Source: Mytilus trossulus (Eukaryota). From it: a stretch of 64,000 bases of DNA. The first letter of the stretch is position 1; each line of letters starts with the position of its first letter. Made by a program: the position numbers and the translations under genes. Below the pieces are notes generated by a model that saw only the letters and a program-made list of their open reading frames with translations, was not told where the DNA came from and searched no databases. The stretch spans positions 57,288,001-57,352,000 of the forward strand of contig NC_086386.1 in NCBI RefSeq assembly GCF_036588685.1. The letters run 5' to 3'. This document shows positions 43,860 through 64,000 of the stretch, in pieces.

Positions 43860-45310
43860 AAGCAGGGCACAGCTTTATACGACCACAGAGATTGAACTCT
43901 GAACAGACCCTTGACACAATATTTAAGCTTGATACAGCTCTGAATTTGAATTGTGATTAAATAGTTGACACAACATAGGTTTTTGACACAGAATGAATGT
44001 GGTCTAAGAACTTTAGACTTAAAATCTTAAAAAATTTAAATTGGACATTTACCTATTATGGTCTATATCTTAAATCTAAATACATGGTTGGAATCAGCAA
44101 ATCATAGAACCCCAAGAATTCAATTTTTGATGAAATCAAATAATGTTCAATTTTAGACCCTTTAGACCTCAATTTGGACCAATTTGATAACCGGGCCCAA
44201 ATATCAAAAATCTTAATACATGGTTAGATTAGCATATTGAAGAGCCCCATATATTCAATGTTTGTTGAAATCAAACAAAGTTTAATTTTTTACCCTTTGG
44301 ACCTTAATGTAGACCATTTTAAAAACTGGACAATACTGTGCAATTGAATATTTCTTGCTATTGCGCAAATATAAAAAATCTTAATGCATGGTTAGATTAG
44401 CATATTGAAGAGCCCCATATATTCAATGTTTGTTGAAATCAAACAAAGTTTAATTTTTTACCCTTTGGACCTTAATGCAGACCATTTTGAAAACTGGACA
44501 ATACTGTGCAATTGAATATTTCTTGCTATTGCGCAAAACTGTGCAATTGAAAATTTCTTGCTATTGCGCAATATTGTGCAATTAGATATTTCTTGCTATT
44601 GCGCAAAACTGTGCAATTGAAGATTTCTTGCTATTGCACAAACTGTGCAATTGAAGATGTCTTGCTATTGCGCAATACTGTGCAATTGAAAATTTCTTGC
44701 TATTGCACAATACTGTGCAATTGAGGATTTATTGCTATTGCGGAATACTGTGCAATTGAAAATTTCTTGCTATTGCGCAATACTGTGCAATTGAAAATTT
44801 CTTGCTATTGCACAATACTTAATATAATAATTTTGGACAGCGATTTGGACCAACTTGAAAACTGGGCCCATAATCAAAAATGTAAGTACGTGTTTAGATT
44901 TAGCAAATCAAAGAACCCCAAGAATCCATTGTTTGTTAAAATCAAGCTAAGTTTAATTTTGGACTCTTTGGACCTTAATGTGGACCAAGCTGAAAACAGG
45001 ACCAAAATTAAATATCTGAATACACGGTTAGATTTGGCATATCAAAGAACCCCTATAATTCATTTCTTGATGAAATCAAACAAAGTTTAATTTTGGCCCC
45101 CTTTGGCCCCTAATTCGTTGGGACCAAAACACCAAAAATGAATCCCAACCTTCCTTTTATGGTCATATACCTTGTGTTTAAATTTCATAGATTTCTTTTT
45201 ACTTTTACTAAAGTTTCGAAAACCAAATGTCTTCGGACGAAGACGACGACGACGCCAACAAGTTACCAATATACGACCAAAAAAAAATCTATTTTTGCGG
45301 TCGTATAAAA
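43860..45310 (-). mobile_element. HINE-like element (family C), second copy
   Basis: Sub-TIR TATACGACC at both ends, ~120-bp cores, internal ~168-bp duplication and 35-bp minisatellite. Confidence 0.68.
44499..44820. repeat. 35-bp quasi-palindromic minisatellite, ~9 copies
   Basis: Unit CAATACTGTGCAATTGAAAATTTCTTGCTATTGCG. Confidence 0.92.
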
Positions 45311-46424
45311 AATCATCCATCTAAGACTAAATTTTAAATCAGAACACATCCAACATCCAATGGATTTGGTGTAAAAACGTTATAAACAGTACATATCGAG
45401 ACACAAAAAAATCGAAATATCAGCACACCGGAATTAGGTATCTGACAGACCAGTGAAGTGTTCACAACTCATTGTTATTATCCTGCTGAACAAATACGAA
45501 GTCTTTTCGTAAAGTAGTTTCTCATGCAGATAAAAAAAAATGTTGGACCACCGGTGTTGCATGCACTCCCAGATTGGATGTATAATATACAGACAAATAA
45601 GTCGATAAATATATTTATACCGTAATAAAAAAAAACACCCTGAAGACCGACTGAGGCAACCTTATCTATTGATACAGAATGATGCAATGGTATGCTCTAA
45701 TATCGACTGCTGTACTTCCTATGAAATATTAAACTACATCGTATTTGAATTTATGTAGAGGCAATTACGATTTTTTTCTCAAAACAGCTCTAAATATTCA
45801 CTATAAAGGTTTAATTAACATGTTCAGAGTAGTGCGAGTTAATTTTGATATATAGTTTTGTGTCCATGTAATGTCTATAGAGACCTTTAGTTTTACCGTT
45901 TGAATGGTTATTATTTTCATGTCTGTGCCTTTTAAAGCAGGATATACGGTGTGGATTTTTTCGTGGCCTTTAATAGTTTATCTGAATTCGTCATTTGAAC
46001 TATGGTTAAAAGTCGTCTCATTGACAATCGTATCAAATGTCCTTTTTTCTTAAATATGCAAATTTCGAACCAAATTTCCTCAAAAAGTAGGTCATGAAGG
46101 TATATTTTTCTTTGCACATTTCAAAAAGTTAACATTTAAATAAACAATCTACCAAAAATTAACAATTAAAAATCAAAGAGGAATCTCTACTGTATCGTAT
46201 GCCTTTAACAGAGTAATTTCACACTACTGACTTTCGACTCCGTAATTTATATTTTTTCAACAGGTTACCTGATCTGTGGAAGGGCATCCTGGTACTCGGT
46301 CAGATAAGAGCAACTTAGAACAGGTAAAATCAAGCTACCAATCTGTATAATTAAGGGGGATACCTCATCTGCATTTCGAAGACCATGCCAACTTAACCCG
46401 AAGAACCGTATTGCCAAACCACTT

Positions 46425-46820
46425 CTGATGTGTGAAAATCAAAAACCTCAAAAGTATCTGAGCTAGGAAATTCTATGTGTGAAAACCAAAAACCTCAACA
46501 GTATCTGACCAGGAAATTCTTAAAAGTATCTGAACCAGGAAATTCTGTGTGAAAACCAAAAAGCTAAAAAGAATCTGAACTAGGAAATTCTGTGTATGAA
46601 CAACAAAAACCTCAAAAGTATCTGAACTAGGAATTTCTGTGTGAAAACCAAAAACCCCAAAAAGTATCTGAACCAGGAAATTCTATGTGTGAAAACCAAA
46701 AAACCTCAAAAGTATCTGAACCAGTAAATTCTATGTGTGAAAAGAAGAAACCTCAAAAGTATCTGAATCAGAAAATTCTATGTTTGAAAACCGCAAAAGT
46801 ATCTGAACAAGGAAATTCAA
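46425..46820. repeat. 47-bp minisatellite (more degenerate, ~8-9 copies) downstream of g5
   Basis: Same unit and same position relative to the stop codon as the g4 array. Confidence 0.92.
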
Positions 46821-47018
46821 TCTCAAAAGTTTATGCTCAACAAATAGTTTAAATTTATGAACAAGTAATAATAATAACTTTGTTGTTTCAACAAATAATT
46901 TAATATCATTTTGGTGTAAAGTTTCAATAGATAAACAAATTTAACAAGTGTTTGTTTGTATCCAAACATTTTGTAATGACTATTTTGTTTTCAAAGTTCA
47001 TTGTTCTTTAGGAAATGT

Positions 47019-50601
<3,583 letters not shown>

Positions 50602-50679
50602 TTTCTTTTATAAATTCACGTCTACTACTCACGGTGGTTGAGATTTTAAATGTTGATAATGAAAACCAAGAGTGGTTAA

Positions 50680-50782
50680 CCTATTTGTATGATACGTGGG
50701 GTTCAGGGTGTTAGCAACGGGCAGACGAACGTTTTCTATTGGTTGATTTTATTTAAATATGTTTACCGTTGCCGAAGGTAAT
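50680..50782 (-). promoter_or_regulatory. g5 promoter: X-box-like sites and CCAAT box
   Basis: TAGCAACGG 50712-50720; GTTGCC-GAA-GGTAAT at 50768-50782; ATTGG between them. Confidence 0.7.
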
Positions 50783-52520
50783 ATCGAACAAACAAACAAA
50801 CAAGTTAATACCCATAAACTTTCAACTGTTATCAACGGCTTAAAAACTTACGTTCTAATTGTCAAATTATGAAAAGAAAATTTCTGCTCGGGGTTTTAAT
50901 ACATTGTATAATTTCAATTGATATATATGAATAGGTAAAACATAATAAGGATTAAATATCCAATTTGTTAATTTTCTTATCAACAGCTAATTATTCAATT
51001 GTTTGTTAGCTAACGGTAAAAAACGAAGTCTTTGTAACACTTTAATTTAAAGCAGATTGAACAATGATACAAGAAAATAAGTAATATATTTTCTTCATAT
51101 CCCATAGCCCTAAACTTGTAAAACACTTGATTTTTTTGCAAAATGTAAATTTAAAGATACCTATGATTTAATTATAGATGATATGCAGAGCTCTGGATGA
51201 TATGGATAAATATTTTTATATTAAATATTTGATTTTATGAGCCTGTAATTCGGTTGTTGTCGTTTGTTTATGCGTTGCATGTTTGATTTCATGTTTGATT
51301 TCGTTCATTTTTTTAAATGTTGTTTAACATTGTCATTAAAATGATTTCGGGGCCTTTTATAGCTGACTATGCGGTATGGGCTTTGCTTATTGTTGAAGGC
51401 CGTACGGTGGCCTATATTTAATTTCTGTATCATTTTGGTCTCTTATGGAGAGTTGTCTCATTGGCAATCATACCACATCTAATTTTTATTTATGTTCAGT
51501 ATATGCTGCCATTCATTCAAAGGTCATGGTCACTGAAAAGGAGACTTTTGATAACTGCACAAGTAATAGCTGTCCTAAAAAGCTTATTATGTTGATTTTT
51601 TTAAATTTGTTACAGTAGTTTCATCCATTGATAAAATTGTGAATGAAATGATCCTCTGCATATAAATTGTTCGCAGGTAAAACAAAATGTTGAACTTTGA
51701 AGAGGTTTAAGGTTTACATTAATTTCTTTCTTTTTGTGCATGGCGATTGTAAACCCCTGAAAAGAGCTTGTTTTCTGAATAACTTGCGTTTTTGCCTGTA
51801 TGTACAAATTTCGGTAATCCTTTTTTACGAATATGTCAGCAGACATGGCATTTATTTACTCTGTTTGATTATTTGTGTTTCAGAAAAGTGTGATCAATAT
51901 CTTTCATTCATTAATTTGTCCCGATAAACCAAATCACATACGTTTTAGATGCCAATGTCTTTTTATTATTATAAATAATGTATACATTTTATTTTATTAT
52001 AGCGTCGCATACCTGAAACTACTATAAAATACTACTTATAGTACTCTCAGCACATACAGATGGTACATTAAACAATGTCATAATAAAAAATATACTACAT
52101 TCCCCATTTCCTTTCTCAATTGTATGAAACACAAAATCCCGAGGTCCTGAATTTAAATAATTAAATCCCGATTTCGAAATTAGACAAAAAGAATTCTCGG
52201 ATCAATCCCGAAATCCCGAGTTAAAAAACACCTGATCCGGGAGTCCCGATAAAGGTCCTACCCCCCCTCTTTAATATTTTGTACATATAACTTTTCATAA
52301 CATTTCTTTTTTGAACAATTTCAACAAGATTTATCATTTGAATAAATACAGATTCAATTTATAAATTGGAATAATGAATTATATATATTATATAGATACA
52401 CAATCATAATTATTTATTTCATTTAGATGTCACATGACTTTAAAAGTAGTAAAGTTTAAAGGTTACTAAAACTTAAAAAAATAGTATCTAAAACAAAAAA
52501 TAACTTTCGTCTCATTAATG

Positions 52521-53637
52521 TACGGTGGCAGAATGCGGCCATGAAAGAAAAAAAAATTATGTCGTTCCCTCAAGGTACTATGTCGTTCCCTCAAGATGCT
52601 ATGTCGTTCCCACAAGATAGCTATCTCGTTCCCTCAAGATGCTATGTCGTTCCCTCCAGATACAATGTCGTTCCCTCAAGATGCTATGTCGTTCCCACAA
52701 GATAGCTATCTCGTTCCCTCAAGATGCTATGTCGTTCCCACAAGATAGTTATCTCGTTCCCTCAAGATAATATGTCGTTCCCACAAGATGATTATCTCGT
52801 TCCCTCAAGATAGTTATCTCGTTCCCTCAAGATAATATGTCGTTCACTCAAGATACAATGTCGTTCAATCAAGATACTATGTCGTTCCCACAAGATAGTT
52901 ATCTCGTTCCCTCAAGATAGTTATCTCGTTCCCTCAAGATAGTTATCTCGTTCCCTCAAGATAGTTATATCGTTCCCTCAAGATAGTTATCTCGTTCCCT
53001 CAAGATAATATGTCGTTCCCTCAAGATGTTATGTTGTTCCCTCAAGATGATATGTCGTTCCCTCAAGATACTATGTTGTTCCCTCAAGATGTTATGTCGT
53101 TCCCTCAAGATACTTTGTGGATCCCTCAACATAGTTTTAAAATTGCATTGATATTGCTATGTTGAGGGAACGAGATAACTATCTTGAGGGAACAACATAG
53201 CATCTTGAGGGAACGACATATCATCTTGAGGGGGAAACATAGTATCTTGAGGGGGAAACATAGTATCTTGAGGGAACGACATAATATCTTGAGGGAACGA
53301 CATAATATCTTGAGGGAACGACATAATATCTTGAGGAAACGACATATCATCTTGAGGGAACGAGATAGCTATCTTGTGGGAACGACATAGTATCTTGAGG
53401 GAACAACATACCATCTTGAGGGAACGACATAGTATTTTGAGGGAACGACCTATCATCTTTGTATTGAAATTGCTTTGTTGAGGGAACGAGATAACTATCT
53501 TGTGGGAACGACATAGTATCTTGAGGGAACAAGATAGCTATCTTGTGGGAACGACATAGCATCTTGAGGGAACGACATAGTACCTTGAGGGAACGACATA
53601 ATTTTTTTTTCTTTCATGGCCGCATTCTGCCACCGTA
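52521..53637. mobile_element. foldback non-autonomous DNA transposon (IS3EU-like) with inverted 21-bp minisatellite arms
   Basis: ~90-bp perfect TIR starting TACGGTGGCAGAATGCGGCC; 6-bp TSD TTAATG (52515-52520 / 53638-53643); unit TCGTTCCCTCAAGATACTATG flips orientation at ~53110-53160. Confidence 0.88.
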
Positions 53638-55104
53638 TTAATGATTATATACTTTTGCTAAAAAAAAAAGCTTGATTTTCATCACATTCACCATTTCAAC
53701 TAATTTCTGACCATCGTCTAAAATTGCAAAGTTTTCAATATAATTTGAACATCCAGAAAATAGAAACCATCTCAAGTCATCACAAAGGGAAAAAAAAGTG
53801 TCTTTTAGTTTCAACACAATTGTATATGTACAAATCACTCAAAGTCTATTATGAACTGGAATTGACGGTCTAGCATTTATTTAACCGGAAGTTAGACACA
53901 CAACAATGTGTCCCCAGTACACGGATGCCCCGCTCACACTATCAATTTATATGTTCAGTGGTCCGTGACATTGGGGTAAAAACTCTATTTTGGCATAAAA
54001 ATGAGAAAGATCATATAATAGGGAACATGTGTACTAAATGTCAAGTTAATTGGACTTAACTTCATCAAAAACTACCTTGACCAAAAACTTTAAACTGAAG
54101 CGGGACAGAGGGACGAACAGACGCACAGTTAAGAAGACATAATGAACCTCTACTATCGAAGGTGGGACATAAAAAAAATTATCGTTCTTACACGTCTATA
54201 GAGAGGAACGTAAAGTAGTAAAATTTAAGCTACTAATTGGTACAATTGGGGGGGGGGGGGGGGGGGGGGGTAAATCAACTGATTTATATTTTCTTTACGA
54301 CAAAATCATAGGAAAACAGTAAACACACTCCTCAAAAAGCACCGATTACAAGCTTGAATATACTTATTTTGGTTGCCCTTACTTGACCGAGTACCAGGAT
54401 GCCCGATCACAGAAAAGGTAACCTGTCAAAAAAATGTACAATCACGAGTCAAAAGTCGGTATAATATAAAAATAGTTTGACTGAAAAACGTGGAAGTAAT
54501 TCGAAATACAAATTATACTTCTTGATTAGTCAGAACGAAACACAACAAGCGAAACATCTTAACGGCTGCTGTGAGTGGGAACAAGAAATGGATAGATCAC
54601 TCAGTATAGATCACTTGGTAGATGGTTTTTACTGCAACCAGGGGACAACATATATTGAATGTTTAAGTATAACACCTGTTTCTTTGCCTCATACGCATAC
54701 AGCTGATATTTAAAGACACTAAACAGTTATTGTCTATAAAAATTACGGAAAAGAACTGATATTTGATGATGCAACAACGTTAAGGATGTAACCAACATGC
54801 AGAAAATTGGTGAATGATGATAGAGCCTATTTTACCCTCATGATTAATATTATAAATGGTTAGCTAGAATGTAATCTTAATTTTCATATGATTGTTTCAT
54901 TGTTTTATAATAATAGTATTTGGGCACCATAAAAGTTGTTAGCCATATCATCTCTCGAGTATCATTTGGTAAATATAGGAATCCTTTCGATGATCTTGTG
55001 GCAGCGTGTTTGGCTTGTGTATCTGAGGTCAGTGATTAAGCCGATTTTTCAAAAAGTCATTGCCTTTGCTTTCTCGTTTGAATCGTTTCAAATCTGTCAT
55101 TTCG

Positions 55105-55198
55105 GGGCATAACATACCTTTCTATACAGTATGGAGGGCATAACATACCTTTCTATACAGTATGGAGGGCATAACATACCTTTCTATACAGTATGGAG
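55105..55198. repeat. 31-bp tandem repeat x3
   Basis: GGCATAACATACCTTTCTATACAGTATGGAG three times. Confidence 0.9.
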
Positions 55199-55463
55199 TT
55201 TGCTCATCGTTTGTGTTCTTCATTTTCGTATTCATTAATTTCTTAGGTCATTTTTCCTGCCGCGTATCCTTTATATTTTTGACCCTTTATTCTCTAATTT
55301 TTGTAACATGGTCATCACTTAAAGTATTGTATTCCGAGAAGTCATGGGTTCTATTTATGATGAGGCTATACTAATTGGCTTGTGTTTTCTCAAGGTAGGG
55401 AGATGGACCATAACCTCGGGGGTAGGGCCTTCCAATAGTCATCAAACTGATCGGAACTAATAG

Positions 55464-55614
55464 CATCGGCAGATCCAGGGGGGGGGGGGGGTCCCTGGGG
55501 TTGGAATCCCCTTTTTTAGACGATCAATGCATTTGAATGGGGACATGTGGTTGGAACACCCCCTTTTTATCCTGGGTTGGGGACCCCTTTTTAAAATGGC
55601 TGGATCCGCCCCTG
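55464..55614 (-). mobile_element. GC-rich MITE (family B, hAT5-like)
   Basis: Same TIR family; perfect 5-bp TSD AATAG. Confidence 0.82.
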
Positions 55615-56504
55615 AATAGTACACAAAATATAGTTGGTTTATCACAAGTAGTTATTATCAAACTGACTTAACATTCAAAATTGCTAGTTGAATCAAAGTT
55701 TCCAGGTACGGAAATGGACCGTGAACTATAGGGACAGGGCTTCGGCATTGTGGTCAAACTAATATGTGTTGATGGTATTAATGCAACTTTATCCAAAATA
55801 TCATTTATCTATCACAAGTAGTTCAAATAAAACTGACTTGAGCATAAAAATGAACAATTATTGACGCATACTCCGCTTTGCCATCACCGGAAAGCAATAC
55901 CTATGTCTCGCTTTTCTCAACTTTCGTTAAAGGCGAGACAAATCTAAAATTTTGTATGTAGCCTATGAACCATGAAAATGAAGTCAAGGACATTGTCAAT
56001 CGAAATATACAAGATGGAAACTGCAGACCGTGAGGCATCTGTATCAAGATGACAGGATGTTGATACCGAATATATTTAGCTTTTAATTTACACAAAAAGT
56101 TTACATCACCGTCACCATGCAGATTGGCATCTCCACCAGAGACCAATGCTGCAGCCTTTAATAATGAGCAAAACATACACTGCAGAGTAATCTATAATGT
56201 TTTTCCTACTGCTACATTCATCTCATGAAAGACAATTAAACCTAGATCTATAAGGAAACATGCATGAAAACAAAGTCTTGTATTTGTGAGTTCATTATTA
56301 CATGTATAAACAAGCAAATGACAGAACCTTTTTTTGCTAAGTCGACTTGACAAAAATATGCTAAATTATCACTTTTTTGCATGTAATTAACTAAGAAGAA
56401 ACACTAGCCATTGAAAAATAATGACTAGAAGAGCACCAAACTTACAAAAATATATAATTATTTATAGGATAAATTGAGAATGGAAATGGGGAATATGTCA
56501 AAGA

Positions 56505-56601
56505 AGGCCGTACATTGACCTATACAGGTTTACTTTTATAAATTGTTATTTGGATGGAGAGTTGTCTCATTGGCACTCACACCACATCTTCCTATATCTA
56601 T
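56505..56601 (+). mobile_element. 97-bp truncated family A copy with 13-bp flanking duplication
   Basis: AATATGTCAAAGA at 56492-56504 and 56602-56614. Confidence 0.75.
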
Positions 56602-57866
56602 AATATGTCAAAGAGACAACAACTCGAACAAAGAGCAGATAACAGCCGAAGGCCACCAATGGGTCTTTAACGCAGCGAGAAAATCCCACACCAGGAGGTG
56701 GTCCTCAGCTATTTTCTGTACTTTATTTGGATTGGCTCTCAGTAATTGCGAGAAGGCTTTGATCGGTGTTTTGTGTCTTTTGTATAGTTGCTTTTGGGCT
56801 TCTCAATCAAAATCAGTTCTTTACAACTGAATTTTATAGATTGTTCTGATGTTGTGCTGTTAGACCACTGTTGCGGGTTTTGGCAACTGGTTGAGCTCTA
56901 TAAATCAGTAATTATCCTAAGTTGTTGTCTGTGACATTTGTTTTTCGTGTAATGTTTTGTATCTAATCAGGCCCTTGTTTTAAAGATTTTGTTGAACTGT
57001 TGCACATGTCGGGACCTTATATAGTTGACTATACGGTATGCGTTTTGCTCATTGTGGAAGGGCCTTGTGTTAATTTTGTAGATAGTTGCTTAAATCCGCG
57101 TTATTTCAACTCTGTTGGATAGTGGACGACAATCATACATACCACATCTTCTTTTTCAACTTTCTAAAAGGAAGAGGCAAAAGACAAAATCCAGGTTTGT
57201 GGTTCCATTATTTAAATCTTAACTGATACACGGGGAAAATAATGAGATATGCAATCCTAAATACGGTATACAGTCATCAAATTACTCCCTATAAATACAG
57301 CTCATGCAAACATGACTTGAAATTTCAAGAAAATGACTGCCATCTCAACCTGAAGAAATGTATTATAATACTATAAAAAAAATATGATTTTGTATGTTTG
57401 TCAATGAGACAACTCTCCACAAGAGACCAAATGACACATACGTTAACAACTATAGGCCACCATATAGGGTCTTCAACAATGAACAAAACCCATACCGAAT
57501 AGTCAGCTATTAAAGAAAAGACCATGTAAAATAATTCAAACGAGCAAACTAACGGCATAAGGCCATCAATTATAAGACCACTTCTAATTGTTCCAAACCA
57601 AAAACCTAAAAAACTGAACCTGAAAATTATAACTTAAATGTTACATTAATGTTTAAATTTATGCTTAAGTAATAATAACAACTTCATTTTATCAACAAAT
57701 ATTTTAATATCATTATGGTGTAAAGTTTTCAATCGGTAACTGTGAATTTTAACAAGTGTTTATTTGTATCCAAATATTATATAAATGACTCTTTTTTTTC
57801 ATTTTGCGCATTTAAAACAAATGATGATTTTAATATTGCATAGTAACTTATTGTTTAGTTTCTTTC

Positions 57867-62738
<4,872 letters not shown>

Positions 62739-62834
62739 TTTCGGTTATAAAATTCACGTCTACTACCAACAGTGGTTGCGGTTTTAAATGATGATGTTTT
62801 ATTGAAAACGAAAATTTAATATCATATGATAGCA

Positions 62835-62925
62835 AGGGGTCCCGGGTATTAGTTTACTAGCAACGGGCAGACGACCGTTTTCATTGGTTGATTACATTTA
62901 AAGATGTTTTCCGTTGCCGAGTGAA
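62835..62925 (-). promoter_or_regulatory. g6 promoter: GTTTACTAGCAAC X-box-like site, CCAAT box, second GTTGCC site
   Basis: 62852-62864 is a near-complete X-box palindrome; the block is conserved with g4 and g5. Confidence 0.7.
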
Positions 62926-64000
62926 ATATGGTACAAACAGGTTAAAACTCATAAAATTTCAATAACTGTTATTAACGGCTCAAAAAGTCACCTTATTATC
63001 ATATTATGAAAAGAACATTTCTGTTGGGGGATAAATACTCATTAAAATTCCATTGATAGATGAATATGTAAAACGTGATTAAATATACTATTTTTTATAT
63101 ATTTTTTCAATACGTACTTACTAAATTGTGAATTATCTAACGGTAAAAAAAAAAGAAGTATTTGTTACGCTTTAAATGCTGTTTGAAACATTTTTAGTAA
63201 TAGCAATTATATACAATTAAAAAAAAAACACGGTAAAATACAAAAAACATTTTTTTAATATTATAAGTAGAGAGATTCGTTTTCTATGGCCATACAATTT
63301 AAGAATACAGAAATACAGGATCCCACATCCACATCCCAGAGTATCTGCTTATTTTTTTTCAGGGCCTGCTTGGTTTAACTGGAGGATGCCTCTGGTTCCT
63401 CAGCCTTGATCCACGTTAACTGGACTGTGACCTGGTCAGTAATCGCCGAAAATTTCAAGGCAGATTCCTTTGCAGACACGTTCAAGACAGCCAATAAAGC
63501 GTTCCATTCATTTAGGAATTCCATTATAATTTGTCTTAGAAACTCAGTGTTCAGTGTACATGTATGTGTTACATTAAATTATGGCACAGTATATGGATGT
63601 TAGTTTTTTTATTGAATTTCTGTTGGCAAATATTGAAATTTATTAATTTGTGAAAAGTCATCATAGAGTCTCACGATTCTAGATTATTTTGCAAGCTTTT
63701 GATATAATTTTGAAGTGTCAAGTATGCTAATTTAATTAATTTCAAACTACGCATATTTGTTTACCCAGTATGACATTTGATTCTGGATTGAATGCTTATA
63801 TACATGTAGATAGTTCAAACATTTTCGTCATATAGATTTTTTGTTAATTCAAAAGATGTAATTTCCTATGCATTCCACTCACTAAAATTTTAAACTTAAA
63901 TACAACACCCTGTTCAAAATGTATAATTGTTTGTTTACCTAACAACATTATAGAAACATACATCGATCATGTCTATATTATATACAATATATTACTTTAC

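Noticed and set aside
53126-53562. Repetitive ORFs (SLKILCR, MSFPQD, ILRERHN)
   Set aside because: Translations of the 21-bp minisatellite in the foldback element
54247-54270. Isolated long G/C homopolymers (also 6959, 16020, 41480)
   Set aside because: Mostly explainable as TE terminal tracts, and their lengths are error-prone; no independent function is evident

Overview
AT-rich eukaryotic genomic DNA with GT-AG introns. The repeat landscape (Helentron/HINE-like elements with satellite cores, a Penelope-like RT relic) suggests a bivalve mollusc, probably Mytilus-like; this is inference. The window is a compact cluster of six intact four-exon beta-tubulin genes arranged <-g1, g2->, g3->, <-g4, <-g5, <-g6. 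All six have identical intron positions (after codon 19, within codon 56, after codon 174), an MREI start and an EGEF+acidic axonemal-type motif. They carry five different C-terminal tails, because g4 and g5 encode the same protein. All six promoters carry a TAGCAAC RFX/X-box half-site. Exon variants are shuffled between paralogs in a way that conflicts with flanking-sequence relationships, which points to gene conversion. There is also a relic 3' end of a seventh, divergent beta-tubulin, a duplicated decoy splice acceptor in g1, and a 47-bp minisatellite just behind the putative poly(A) signals of g4 and g5. A candidate minimal hammerhead ribozyme variant lies between the divergent g1/g2 promoters. 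Many non-autonomous transposons have readable TIRs and TSDs, including a 1.1-kb foldback element, 5-bp-TSD MITEs and nested HINEs.
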